From assembly GCA_010909165.1 (NCBI GenBank), contig MU008182.1, positions 124,001-188,000 on the forward strand: 64,000 nucleotides of DNA. Direction: 5' to 3'. Each line of letters begins with the position of its first letter. Position 1 is the stretch's first letter. The position numbers and the translations under genes were made by a program. Positions 25,393 to 38,329 of this stretch are shown piece after piece. The stretch comes from Anthoceros angustus (lineage: Eukaryota > Plantae > Anthocerotophyta). The notes beneath the pieces are model-generated. The model saw nothing but the letters and a program-made list of their open reading frames with translations, was not told the origin of the DNA and ran no database searches.

Positions 25393-26430
25393 TGTTCTTT
25401 CGCTAAAAAGTTAGTTTGGAACCAACGCGCATTTCCAAGCCAAATGACATCTCAAAGTTGATGTTCTTTCGCTAAAAAGTTAGTTTGGAACCAACGCGCA
25501 TTTCCAGGCCAAATGACATCTCAAAGTTGAGGGCATTCTTGGGGTTGGTAGGATACTACAGGAAGTTCATTCCGCGGATGAGCAGGATTGGGTGGCCATT
25601 AATATCGAACGACTTGTTAAAGAAGTTGGTCACTTGGCGTTGGACTCAAGAGGAGGAATCAGCTTTCATGGAGTTGAATGGGTAGACTCATGAGCTCACC
25701 AATTCTTGGTCATCTAGACGTCAGTAAGCCGTTCGTACTTTACACTGATTAGAGTGCAATTTGCACCTGATCTCCAGGTTGCCCAGTGAAAGTGGTATAT
25801 GGAAGGGTGAGTGTAACACATAGATAAACGCTATGTGCTGGTCCTCGCGAATGGGTGAGCCCAAAACGTGGTGGAAGGTAGAACGGGATGACATTCCATC
25901 GCATGGCACCCCTAAATCACCTTCTATACCGCATAGCATAGGTACGGTTGTTCGGGCAACCTGGCCAGTGGCATGTGTCTCAAACCTCCTACTGAATATT
26001 TGCAAAATCTGCTGATTACGTCATCATCAAGTCTCGATGTGCCGGTGGGCGTGTGGCCGAGTAACATGCAACCCGAGACAAAGGAGGGCATCTAATGTGG
26101 CACCCCATCACCAAGAATGGACCCCAACCAGGAGATGCCTTGGCCATCGGCCACCTCAAGTAATTCAAACGTCCACTTGTAATATGCCATAGTTTGGCAA
26201 GCAAAAATCAGTGGCATACCTGATTGCCTCCACCTTGGCGGCATGCGGCGAGATCTCTTCAGGCGTGATCCAATGACCCAAGTACAATACCTTGTCCTCT
26301 GCAAATCGACACTTCCCTAGATGAGCCTTCAACCCATAAGCAGCTAGTCTAGTAAAGACTGCTTCGAAGATGTTGCAGATGCTCCTCAAAGGTATTACTA
26401 AAGATGATGACATCATCATCCGCAAACGGC
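25393..26430. mobile_element. Scrambled Ty3/gypsy pol fragments, preceded by a 2 x 69-bp duplication
   Basis: + strand: KLRAFLGLVGYYRKFIP...KPFVLYTD (25485-25750). - strand: DDVIIFSNTFEEHLQHL...KCRFAEDKVLYLGHWI...KVEAI (~26220-26427). Duplication at 25393-25530. Confidence 0.8.
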
Positions 26431-26733
26431 TAAGTCTCAGACCTCCTACAGGTGCTCCGAATCTCCCAAGTCCCAAACCACCTCTGGACATCGTACGGTA
26501 CGACCTACCTACTACTACCTATTGTGTCTCGAAATGCGGTCCTTCCAGTTCGGATACCTACAATCCACTACTTCCTACCTTGTTGGCAGTCACCTTCCCT
26601 TCATCTAGCCATACAAAACTTCCCTACCAGAACCGTCCCTTATTGGCGTCCAAATTGTTTCGTGTTTGGCCAAATCCTATGTGACCAAACTTTTCCGTTC
26701 CACAATTTAGAAGCGGGGAGTGCTGACCTTGCG

Positions 26734-27275
26734 TGTTAAGGATGTAGCTTACTGAGTTTGTTAAGATGGATATGACTATGCGTAAAAGACGTAGGTGATT
26801 GAGCTTAAGTACATAGAAGTGGGTATATGGAAAGCATATACCCCATATTAAGTAGGAAACGTGAGTGACACTTTTTATGGTTTAAAAAGGGGTGAGACCA
26901 GCTAACTATAGCAGGTTTAGCTCCTTGACTATTGCCTTTGTGTTGTTTTCTCAAAGTTGCTCTTTATTTGTGTTTTAAGGCCTCGTTTAGGTGTCTTAGT
27001 TTTGCAATTCTGAACAGTTGCTTTCTTGGCACTTCTGACCCTCTTGAAGTATGGCTAGCTTCCAATCTCAATAGGTTATGGGCCCACACACCCAAGGCAT
27101 GGTGACACTACAAGTCATTTCCAAATTTGGTGGAAACAATTTCAACTTGTGGAAGTTCAAGATGCAGATGCTGTTGGCCGAGAAAGGCTTGTGGGGGATA
27201 GTGTTAGGAACTGAGCAGCGCCTTATAGAAGTGGAGCGACAATCCAAGTGGGATGAGAATGCAGACAAAGCTTTT
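26734..27275 (+). mobile_element. Copia #3 copy a: LTR (26734-27073), PBS GGTTATGGGCCCA (27074-27086) and gag start
   Basis: LTR matches 29005-29349 and 31457-31801. gag KFGGNNFNLWKFKMQMLL is truncated at ~27275. Confidence 0.9.
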
Positions 27276-27428
27276 GCATGTCCAAGTTATCGTGTGTGTA
27301 TGTAGGATGTATGCATGTGCATGTATGAGGTATGTGGATGTGTGAGCATGTGCATAACATGTAGGTATGTGTTGATGGTATGGTAATATGTACATGGCGT
27401 GCATGTATGATGTGGATGTGGATAAAGG
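27275..27428. repeat. Dispersed RY-rich (CATG/TGTG) repeat, copy 1; also at 35905-36122 and more divergently reversed at ~39540-39670
   Basis: Shared gcatgtccaagttat...gcatgtatgatgtggatgtggataaagg. Confidence 0.8.
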
Positions 27429-27449
27429 CCAAACCGTATGAAACAAGCA

Positions 27450-28790
27450 CAAAAGACGGGCATATTTAAGGCAGAATGGTGGCTCTCCACACGACTTGCA
27501 GGCAGAAGCATGTGCCTCCTCAAGATCAATGGAAACAATTAAGAAGGTGGCGGCGGTGAGAGCTTAGAGAGCATAAAGGCCAGGCAATCTGTGGAATGCC
27601 ATGGATTGTTTGATGTTTGTTTTCAGAAGGAACAGCCATACAGATCCCATTCTTTTCTTGTGTAAGCTCTCAGGAGTGGTGTGTCAGCACACTTGCCCAT
27701 GCGAGAGGCAAGCCGATTTTGCACATCAACAATCCCTCTGCTGACGAGAGCTTGACATGAGCAAAGGGCTCAAGAGGGCAGCCCATGATTCGGGTAGAAA
27801 GCTATGAGAAGGACTCAAGGTTGCTGACAAAGGAGCGGTGACATACTCCAGATAAGTTGATGGTGGATTTCAATGAGTGCTTCAGATTATTCTCTGCTGT
27901 TTTATGCAGGTCCTTCCATCCTTGAGTTAGCCACTTTAGCAGAGCTGGAACCAGCCTACTTGTGGTAGATGCTTTGGATTGAAGTGATTGATAAGTTGGC
28001 CTGGCTAGCAGACTGGACTGAGGAAGGAACCAACACTAATTTTGATGGAATGCCGTACATAGTTTCTCGTAGAGGAAGAGATTGAAGAGTGATGGTGTTT
28101 TTGCGCTTTGGCTGGACAAACGAAAGCACTCCAGTCCAGGAAGTTTGTACTCCTACTGCTCGTTTTCTCTCAGTTCGTAGGATAGGTGGTCAATTCGAGT
28201 GGAACCAGAATCCTATTCGGCTCATAGATTTCGAGAAAAGACGTGTCAGTGCAACGATGGAATATGAACAACTCCTAGCAAGAATGATGTGTTCACTGGT
28301 AGACATGGCAGCATGTCTCTTGCTAACTATGTGATGCTTCAGTTTGAGGTGAGCCAGTCGCATCCTCTTCTTCATCTTCCTTCAAGGCCTTCCAGGCTCG
28401 TTTTGCCCTTGACGGCGCCCGAGAATCCTGCAAAATCTGGTCCTTGCAGTCACAGTAGCAAGTTAAAGCCTCACCCGCTAGGAATGTGCTCATCTTCCTC
28501 AGCGCCATCTCTGGAGTGAATTTGGACTTGTACTTGAGCACCATCTCATCAATTGCCCACCTGAATTTTTCTTCACTTGGTGGACGAGATGTTCGTCAAG
28601 TTTGGTGAAATGTTGCCTGTATCCTCCATAGAGAAGAATCAAGAGCTGTCAAAGTTCGCAATCAGACCCAACGAACCTCTCAAATCCGCTTGTTTGAGGT
28701 TGAGACAGTTCGTGAAGGACATCAGAGTGAAGGCGATGCGATGCGGGAAGCTGCCCAAATCTACATCGCAGCCTTGCCTGGTAGATGTAT
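27450..28790 (+). mobile_element. Ty3/gypsy-like upstream ORF plus gag fragment, with an internal inversion
   Basis: PSKNDVFTGRHGSMSLA (+), EEKFRWAIDEMVLKYKSKF...FLAGEAL (- strand, 28331-28576), LVDEMFVKFGE...RPNEPLKSACLRL (+). Homologous to the minus-strand copy at 38330-39130. Confidence 0.7.
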
Positions 28791-29004
28791 GGAAGTGGGT
28801 AAATGGGAAACATATACCCCATATTGAGTAGGCGATACCCCAGGCGACTTCTAGGTAGTGAGTATACTTCGATATTGAGTAGGCGATATTTGGTAGAAGT
28901 CGCTTGCGGTATAGCCAACTTTCTTCACAAGATGCATGGAGTCCGCGGACTATGAGCTGGAACAAGCTTACGAGATGGCTAAAAGGGTCATGAAAGGTGA
29001 TGCT

Positions 29005-30640
29005 TGTTGAGGATACGGCTTACTGAGTTTTTTAAGATGGATATGACTATGCGTAAAAAATGTAGGTGATTGAGCTTACTATAAGTACATAGAAGTGGGT
29101 AAATGGGAAACATATACCCCATATTGAGTAGGAAACTGAGTGACACTTTTTATGGTTTAAAAAGGGGTGAGACCAGCTAACTATAGCAGGTTTAGCTCCT
29201 TGACTATTGCCTTTGTATTGTTTGCTCAAAGTTGCTCTTTATTTGTGTTTTAAGGCCTCGTTTAGGTGGTCTTAGTTTTGCAATTTTGAATACTTGCTTT
29301 CTTGGCACTTCTGACCCTCTTGAAGCATGGCTAGCTTCCAATCTCAATAGGTTACGGGCCCACTCACCCAAGGCATGGTGACACTACAAGTCATTTCCAA
29401 ATTTAGTGGAAACAACTTCAACTTGTGGAAGTTCAAGATGCAAATGCTGTTGGCCGAGAAAGGCCTGTGGGGGATAGTGTCAGGAATTGAGCAGCGCCCT
29501 ATGGAAGTGGAGAGACAATTCAAGTGGGACGAGAAGCGCCCTATAGAAGTGGAGCGACAATCAAAGTGGGACGAGAATGGAGGTAAAGCTTTTGCAACCA
29601 TTTGCTTCAATTTGGAAGATGTAGAACTAATGCATGTAACTTCTTGTAAAACTGCAAGGGAAGCCTGGCAACAGCTAGAGGCACTGTATGAGAACAAGAG
29701 CTTTGTGAACCACTTGTTTTTGAGGAGAAGGTTCTTCACTCTTCAAATGGGTGAGAATGACCATGTCATTGAGCATGTAGACAAAGTGAGGAGTTTGTCA
29801 CAACAATTAGTAGCCGTTGGAGCCCCTGTGTCAAATGATGACGTGGTGATGACTCTTCTTGCAAGTCTTCTAGAGTCATACAACAACTTGATCGTGGCTT
29901 TGGAGTCAAGAATAGAGACTTTGACTTTTGAAATTCTTGTGAGCAAACTCTTACATGAAGAGATAAAAAGAGGGGAAAAGGGGAAGATATCTGAGGAATT
30001 AGCTTTTGTGGCCAAAAAGCCTTAGGAAGAACACTTAAGTTCCATCAAGCTAGGGGAAGGTCTTCTTCAATCTATAGGAGGATATAGAAGGTCCAACATA
30101 ACTTGCAACTACTAAGGCAAGGTTGGATACATTGCGAGGAACTGTTTCAAGAAACAAAAGGACGAGAAAGACTTCAAAGCAACTGTACTGAAGACGAGGT
30201 CTTTGTGATTACACATCACCACTCAAATGAAGCTAACAGATGGTTTATCGATTCATGAGCTTCAGAGCATATGACCAATAGGCGTGAATGGTTTCACTCT
30301 TTCAAACCCACTCCTGCAACTAACATTTACTTGGGTGACAATTTGGCTCACAAATGTGAGGGAAAAAGGAGTTGTATTTCTAACCATGACCACTCCTAAA
30401 GGGCCTATTCGTGGGATGTTAAAGGAGCTGCTCTATGTGCCAGGCCTGAGCAAAAACCTCTTCTCCGTTAGCGCGGCTACCTCTGAAGGGTTGACAGTGA
30501 GGTTTGAGGAAGCTGGAGTGACCTTCACGAATGCAAAAGAAGAAGTGAGAGCACAAGGAGTGAAGGTTGGAAAGATGTATTGTTTAAGTGGAAGTACTAT
30601 GGTGCCAAGCTCAAGAATGAAGGCAAATGTGGTACAAAAG
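29005..30640 (+). mobile_element. Copia #3 copy b: LTR (29005-29349), PBS (29350-29362), gag, protease
   Basis: TGTTGAG start. ORF 29375-30025 is a copia gag. WFIDS*ASEHM protease motif and LYVPGLSKNLFSV follow. Confidence 0.9.
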
Positions 30641-31430
30641 CACAACAATACATTTGAATGTGAGCACCGAATCGGTGGAGCAAAGGAGAAGGAAGTGTGT
30701 AAGGCTTGTGGTAAGACAAGGCACACTAAGGCTGCACGTTGGCAAGCTCATGCTGAATTCAAGCCCAAAGGGGCTGGAGAGCAAACGTTGGACAAGCTGA
30801 AATTGGTTGTGAGCTCCACTCAGAAGGCTCTGCTCACTGAGGTGTAGAGGCTGCCAGAACAGCTGGCGATGAGCGTGAGCGCAACAGGAAGCCCAAGTGT
30901 TCCTACCGAAAAGTATGACTCGAATGAAGATGTGTATGCGCTGATTGCCGCAAGGTCAGCTTAAGTGAAGAAGAAGACAAGCATTGACTTGGGAGAAGGT
31001 GTCAAAGGGAAGCGAGTTGAGGAAAGAAATCAGCTCAAGATGCCCAAATCTTTCAGATAGATTGAAGATGAAGAGATTGGATTACACCAGGAGGAGTTAC
31101 TACCCAGCGTTAGAACTTTTGCTTGAGAAAGCGATGGACATGCCCATGGTGAGGTTGCATGACCTGGGAGTAAAGATACAACCATTCAAGCAAGTGATGC
31201 AGGCTTGGATCAAGAAGGAATCCGCAGAGTTGGACATGGTGCCTGGGCTTGCCAGTCTACATGGTGATCACTTGAAGCCAGCAGCAAGAGGCAAGGGTAG
31301 CATCGCGTTGGTGAAAATCCAAGGTCGGGAAGTTACAGTCAATGGGTTTGCTCCGGAATGTGTGTTGGTGGACACAAGTGCTAATCCGGGGTTGCTTGGG
31401 CTCAGGTATAGAAGGCACTCCAGCTATGTG
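30640..31430 (+). mobile_element. Gypsy-like gag knuckle/protease fragment
   Basis: CKACGKTRHTKAA (degenerate CCHC) and VLVDTSAN (degenerate aspartic protease motif). Confidence 0.5.
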
Positions 31431-31456
31431 AAGATAATTTGAAACCATGCGATGTA

Positions 31457-34400
31457 TGTTGAGACTGAAGCTAGCCATGCTTCAAGAGGGTCAGAAGTGT
31501 CAAGAAAGCAAGTGTTCAGAATTGCAAAACTAAGACCACCTATACGAGGCCTTAAAACACAAATGAAGAGCAACGCTGAGCAAACAACACAAAGACAATA
31601 GTCAAAGAGCTGAACCTGCTGTAGCTAGCTAGTCTCACCCCTTTTTAAACCCTAAGAAGTGTCACTCACGTTTCCTACTCAATATGAGGTATATGTTTCC
31701 CATTTACCCACTTCTATATACTTATAGTAAGCTCAATCACCTACATCTTTTACGCATAGTCATATCCATCTTAACAAACTCAATAAGCTGCATCCTCAAC
31801 ACTCCTACTCAGCGCACCTGAGTTTGCCTTAATCCAACTACCTCTCTACACTTCTCAAACTTGAACTTGCTCAAAGCCTTGGTCAAGAAATCTGCAGCCA
31901 TATCCTCCGTTTTGCAATACTCAAATGTAACCTCCAACGATTTCACCCTTTCACGAACAAAGTGATGTTGGATATCAATATGCTTTGTCCTTGAGTGGTG
32001 CACAGGGTTCTTGATCAATGCCATGCTTCCCTGGTTGTCACTTTGAAGAACAGTTGGCTGCACTTGTTGATACCCAATTTCTTCCATGAACCTTCTCAAC
32101 CAAATGGCTTCCTTTGTAGCTTGTGTGGATGCCATGTACTCCGCCTCCACTGTAGACATTCCAACAGTTGGCTGCTTTTTGCTATTCCAACTGATGGCAC
32201 CTCCCCTAAGATAAAAATATATCCGGTTGTGGACCTCCTATCATCAAGATCGCTCCCCCAGTCCGAGTCACAATCTGTGTCCTTCATTTGAACCTGAAAA
32301 CTCAAGGTACATGTCATGTGTGCCTTTCAAGTACCTCATTGTCCTCTTCACTGCAATCCAATGTGGCTTTCTACGATTTTGCATATATTGACTCACAACA
32401 CCTAGAGCTTTTCCAAGATCTAGACGAGTAGCAACCATGGCAAACATCAAACTGCCCACTGCTTGTCTACAAGGATTGTTCCTCATCTCCTCCTCCTTGT
32501 GATTGCTTGCAGGACATTGGTCTTTGATAAGCCTCATATCTAGACTAAGAAGTGTTGCAATTGGCCTGCAATCAGTCGTTCCAAAACGATCCAAGAGTTC
32601 CTCGATGTACTTATGTTGTCCAAGCTTGATTGTTCTCCTCACCCTGTCTCTAACCACATGAATCCCAAGGCAATAGTTGAGTTCCCCCAAATCCTTCATT
32701 TCAAATTATCTTGACAACATCTCCTTTACCTCATTGATGGCATCTGTATAGATGCGCTCAACAAAATGAGGTCATCCACGTATATGGCTAGAATAACCAT
32801 AGATTGGAGAACTTTGGATATGTAGATGCTCTCATCAGATGTGCATTGTTGAAATCCTTGCTCCTTTAAGAAGGCATTGATCTTCTCATACCAAGCTCTA
32901 GACCCTTGCTTCAATCCATAGAGAGCTTTCTTCAATTTGCACACCAAACTCTCATTGCCTTTTTCGATATACCCTTCAGGTTGCTCCATATAAATGTCCT
33001 CCTCCAAGTCTCCATTGAGAAATGCAGTTTTTACATCCATTTGATGAATCTCCAAATCATCAATTGCTCCCACTGCAAGTAAAGTCCTTATTGACACAAA
33101 TTTTTGGCCCTGGAGCAAAGGTCTCATTGTAATCGATGCCTTGTTCTTGGCTATATCCTTCACCACCAATCTTGCCTTATATCTCAATCGACCATTAGAA
33201 TCTCTCTTGATTCTAAACACCCATTTGCTCCCAATAGCATTCCTTCCTGCAGGCAAGGAGGTTAACACCCAAGTGTGATTCTTCTTCAATGACTTCATCT
33301 CATCATCCATAGCTTCTTTCCATTGCTTTGCATCCTTCCTTGTAGTGCTTCAGCTATCGTTCTTGGTTCCCTCCCATATTCCATAGCAATGGATGCAAAC
33401 TCTGGTCCTTCTCTCCAATCTCTTGGTGGGGCTCCTTGTTGGATATCTCCTCGGAGGAAGAATTTCTTCTCTCAAGGGTTCTTCCTCATTGTTTCCTCGC
33501 TAGGGATCATTTCATTCCCATCAATCGGAATGACATCTTTTCCAATTGGTTCTTGAGGTATCACAACCTCATGAGCATCAACAATAGGAAATTTCTGCTA
33601 TCTATAGTCTCCGCCTCATCAAAACCACATCTCTACTTATGATGATGCGCCTAGATGCCTTGTCATACAATCTATAGGCCTTTCTATCAATATCATAGCC
33701 CACAAAATGCACTCCAATGCCTTCCCTTGAGCTTGCTCCCTTCTTTGGGTTTATGTGCAAAGGCTCTACACCCAAACACATGCAAGTGAGCAATAGAAGG
33801 CTTCCTCCTAACCAGCATTCCTCCGTGTCATATCCTCTAGTGATGCACTTGCACTTCTATTAGTTAGGTAGACAGTTGCAATGGCTTCCCCAAAACTCAT
33901 AGCCCAATTGTTGATGATGAAGCATGCTCCTAGCACATTCTACCAAAGTTCTATTTTTCCTTTCCGCAACTCCATTTTGCTGAGGAGTGTAAGGGGCCAA
34001 AAATTGTTGCATGATTCCATGCTCCTTGCAAAATGTTTCAAAATCCTTGGACATATACTCACCTCCATTGTCACTCCTTAAAACTTTTATCTTTCTACCA
34101 ATTTGATTCTCCACAAGTGCTTTATGCTCCTTGAACTTCGATAAACAGGCATCCTTGGATTTGAGGAAGTAAACCTTGGTATATCTTGACTTGTCATCTG
34201 TGAAAGTGAGGAAATACTTGGCCCCTCCTAGAGATGTGGTCTTCATGGGGCCACATATGTCTGAATGAATCAAATCTAGCACATGGTTAGCTCTACTTCC
34301 TCCCTTTGGAAATGGAAATCGATGTTGCTTTCCCATCATGCAACCTCTACAAATACCTATATCTTCCTCCTCTCCAAGCTCAAGTCCTCTTACCATCTTT

Positions 34401-35887
34401 TTCTTCCATGAGCTTGATGTTTTGAACTCCAAGATGTCCCAATCTTTGGTGCCACAATAGTAGCTTGTTGTTGTGCTCTTGTACCACATTTGCCTCCATT
34501 CTTGAGCTTGGCACCAGTACTCCCACTTAAACAATACATCTTTCCAACCTTCACTCCTTGTGCTCTCACTTCTTCTTTTGCATTCGTGAAGGTCACTCCA
34601 GCTTCCTCAAATCTCACTCTCAACCCTTGAGAGGTAGCCGCTAACGGAGAAGAGGTTTTGCTCAGGCCTGGCACATAGAGGACCTTCTTTAACATCCACG
34701 AATAGGCCCTTTAGGAGTGGTCATGGTTAGAAATACAACTCCTTCTCCCTCACATTTTTGAGCGAATTATCACCCAAGTAAATGTTAGTTGCGAGTGGGT
34801 TTGAAGAGTGAAACCATTCACGCCTATTGGTCATATGCTGAAGCTCCTGAATCGATATACCACCTGTCAGCTTCATTTGAGCGGTGATGTGTACTCACAA
34901 AGACCTCATCAAAGGCTTCAGCATAGTTGCTTTGAGGTCTTGCTTTCTCGTCCCTTTGCTTCTTGAAACAGTTCCAATGTGTCCAACCTTGCCAGTATGT
35001 TGAGTTATGTTGGACCTTCTATATCCTCCTCTGATTGAGAAGGACCTTCCCTAGCTTGATGGAACTTGAGTGTTCTTCCGAGGCTTTTTGGCCACAAAAG
35101 CTGATTCCTCATATCTTCCCTTTTCTCTTCTTTTGTCTCTTCATGTAAGAGTTTACTCACAAGAATCTCAAAAGTCAAAGTCTCTATTCTTGACTCCAAA
35201 GCTACGATCAAGTTGTTGTATGACTCGGAAGACTTGCAAGAAGAGTCATCACCAAGTGATCATCTGACACAGGGGCTCCAACAGCTGCTAATTGTTGGGA
35301 CAAACTCCTCACTTTGTCTACATGCTCAATGACATGGTCATTCTCACCCATTTGAAGAGTGAAGAACCTTCTCCTCAAAAACAAGCGGTTCATAAGGCTC
35401 TTGTTCTCATATAGCGCCTCCAGCTTTTGCCAAGCTTCCCTTGCAGTCTTACAAGAAGTCACATGCATTAGTTGTGCATCTTCTATATGGAAGCAAATGG
35501 TTGCAAAAGCTTTGCCTGCATGCTCGTCCCACTTGGATTGTTGCTCCACTTCTATAGGGCATGACTCAATTCCTGACACTATCCCCCACAAGCCTTTCTC
35601 GGCCAACAGCATATGCATCTTGAACTTCCACAAGTTGAAGCTGTTACCACCAAATTTGGAGATGACTTGTAGTGTCACCATTCCTTGGGTGTGTGGGCCC
35701 ATAACCTGTTGAGACTGGAAGCTAGCCATGCTTCAAGAGGGTCAGAAGTATCAAGAAAGCAAGTATTCAGAATTGCAAAACTAAGACCACCTAAACGAGG
35801 CCTTAAAACACGAATAAAGAGCAACTTTGAGCAAACAACACAAAGACAATAGTCAAAGAGCTGAACCTGCTATAGATAGCTGGTGGT
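31457..35887 (-). mobile_element. Copia #3 copy c, near full length: 3' LTR 31457-31801, PPT, RH-RT-INT-PR-gag, PBS 35694-35706, truncated 5' LTR 35707-35887
   Basis: TGTTGAG...CTCAACA termini; LDLIHSDICGP; LRSDNGGEY; HQMDVKTAFLNG; IYVDDLI; HSRTKHIDIQHHFVRE. About 10 substitutions between the LTRs over ~180 bp by manual count. Confidence 0.95.
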
Positions 35888-35937
35888 GAGACATGCGCAT
35901 GAGGGCATGTCCAAGTTATTGTGTATATGTGGGATGT

Positions 35938-36050
35938 ATGCATGTGCATGTATGAGTTATGTGGATGTGTGAGCATGTGCATGTATGAGTTATGTGGATG
36001 TGTGAGCATGTGCATGTATGAGTTATGTGGATGTGTGAGCATGTGCATAA
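35938..36050. repeat. 33-bp tandem repeat x3 inside the RY-rich repeat
   Basis: Unit gcatgtgcatgtatgagttatgtggatgtgtga; the 27.3 kb copy has a single unit. Confidence 0.9.
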
Positions 36051-36149
36051 CATGTAGGCATGTGTTTATGGTATGGTAATATGTACATGTCGTGCATGTA
36101 TGATGTGGATGTGGATAAAGGTGTGGACACACTTTTGCTGACGGACCAG

Positions 36150-38310
36150 CTGGGCGCAAACTAATCTCGTGTTGTGTAGTATGTATGGGATTTGATCCCA
36201 AGGGAATGGTTCGCTCCGTTCGCTTATTGTTTACCTACTCCGTGCCCCTAAATAATCTAGACCGCTATCGTAAACCGATCCGCGCCGCCAGACTTTCTTG
36301 ATTGCGAGGGGGATAGCAGACCCCACCCCGCCTTACGATCCTAACTAGTCCGGCCGCTATTGTGGTCCCGGCCCCGACGCCGGACTCCCCACTTGGAGGG
36401 TGGGTAGCAAACTCCAGACGCAACGTGATCCTCAGTCGGATTCTACTACGGCGATTGCCTAGCTACGCGGGCGTTGAAACAGAAACGATGCTCAAGGTAC
36501 CATCCAACCCTTCCGACGAATCGAACCGGGGTACGAACCACCCTTCGTAATGTCAACGGCCGGAGGTTACAGCCTCGGGCCCAACCGTACCACCGCCCGA
36601 ACTTTCTACTTCGCACTCTCCGCTCACCTTCCTTCTTCATGTTCCATAGACAACTCTACCGTACAGGCCCGGTACTGTCGAACGTTTAAGGACTCGTTCA
36701 CGTCCTCGTATTCACCCCGTCTTGGGCTCTTCCCGTTCGCTCCTTTCTCCTCGCTCGCGCTTGCACTTTGCAGTCCGTCGTGGTGTAGTCGTGCACTCCG
36801 ATGAAATGCCGGACTGCACCATCTCCGCATCCGCGCGGTCCAGCCAGTCCGGGCTCTACACACCCTCGTTGGCCATCCGGCTTCCCTTGTCCGTTCTGGT
36901 TTGCTTGTCACCCACGTCCCGCCCTTGAGGAGCAAGGGTTGCGGCTCCTCAGCACCTGCAATCACCTCCATGTGTTGGGGGTTCATCACTGGGACCTCAA
37001 TAGTCCTCTCCAGAGTAGTCCGCCCGCTCGGTGACTCGGGCATCGCATTAGCACTTGGCTCATAGAAGTCAGTATGCAAAACATGGTATCAACCCCAAAA
37101 GGAAAATCGCATTATAGGTGGCAACCCCCCTCTTATATTGCCTTTAAAGGCAGTGCCTTTATTACAATGTGTAGGTCGGTCCTACTGCCAGCTACCTAGG
37201 TACACACGCGAGAGGGATGCCAGATCCTTACGCATGGCTACCTACGTCTACGACAGTGAGGCTGCTGTTGACGCCGGCTGACTCCCCCGCCCGGCAGCCC
37301 AATCCCCAACCCTGGTGCTTGAGGGGCATCCAACCTGATTATCCTTGACCCCTACATTCCGGCAGGGGCCCGGGTTCCCCCTCGACCTTGGTTGGACCTC
37401 ACGCCCGGAGGTGCGCTGACAACAGCCGTCACCACCAGGTCTTCCTCCGGCTCCGCTGACAGCAGCACCAGAGTTTCGGCATTGCCCCCCTGCGCGCTGG
37501 TGGGCCCGGTCCAGCTGGCCGAGGGACCGAAGTCCGTTCGCCCTGTGGCTGGTTCGGTTCTTCAGACGCCAATGGGTCCATCCTGGGCTTTGGAGGCCAG
37601 ACCTTTGGGTCCGTCCCCTCGCCTTGGGGGCGAACCTCGCTGCTCCCCACCCCAGGTCTACTCTTCAGCCCCATCCTCTCTCCCATCGGACCAATCCCTT
37701 CTGTGGCCTCCAACCCGGGTGCAGGGTCCGGAGAGCATACCTCTTGGTCCTCCGGGGCTTGTCCGCCCAGCTGGCGCCCTTCCTCCGACGGCTCCGCTTT
37801 GCCACTGCTCCCATCCCCAAACAGGGCGCCTAGGCTCCCCATTGCCGCATTCTCCCCCAGCCTCCTCTGACTCCTCTGGAGGCCCTATCGCCTCCGCCAG
37901 CTGGTGCACCACGCTTACAGCTCTTAGCAGCTCCGCATGTTAGTAGGCGAAGTCTGAATCCACCTGCTAGATGGCTACTTGTACGTGGGCCCGTAGGATC
38001 CAGTAATCTTGCCTCCACTGATGCTTCGGCAATCGGGCGTGTTCTTCCACTTGATGGGCTGTCTCGACTCCTAGCCCTTCTAGCCGAGCCTTTGCTGCAT
38101 CTCGGGAGGCTGTAAGGGAGGCCTCTGTGAGTTCTTGGAGCCGCTGCTTCTCGCTAGTGCGCTCCCTCTCCCGTTCTGCCTCGAGGGCTTCCAGTTAGGC
38201 CGTCAAGACCCGGATCTCCCCTCCTGCCCGACGCAGACGGACTAGCAGCTTTTGTTCTTCCTGCTTCCACTGGGTTTGGTCTGTTACCTGCTGGCTCAAT
38301 CCATCTCCTT
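36150..38310. mobile_element. GC-rich, probably retroelement-derived sequence with a degenerate minus-strand coiled-coil ORF (~37830-38310)
   Basis: Long frame QTQWKQEEQKLLVRLRR...LEALEAERERER... interrupted only by TAA/TAG stops. No diagnostic domain. Confidence 0.35.
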
Positions 38311-38329
38311 CTCAAGCCCCTCTGGTATG

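Noticed and set aside
29490-29580. 14-aa in-frame duplication in copia #3 gag
   Set aside because: A private slippage in one dead copy with no wider significance.
27204-36201. His/Thr-rich ORFs (27204-27538, 35803-36201)
   Set aside because: These are translation by-products of the CATG/TGTG repeat.
37170-37356. 187-bp segment bounded by TGTAGG...CCTACA as a solo LTR; TGGTATCA at ~37085 as a PBS
   Set aside because: No target-site duplication, no second copy, and the PBS match is only 8 nt.
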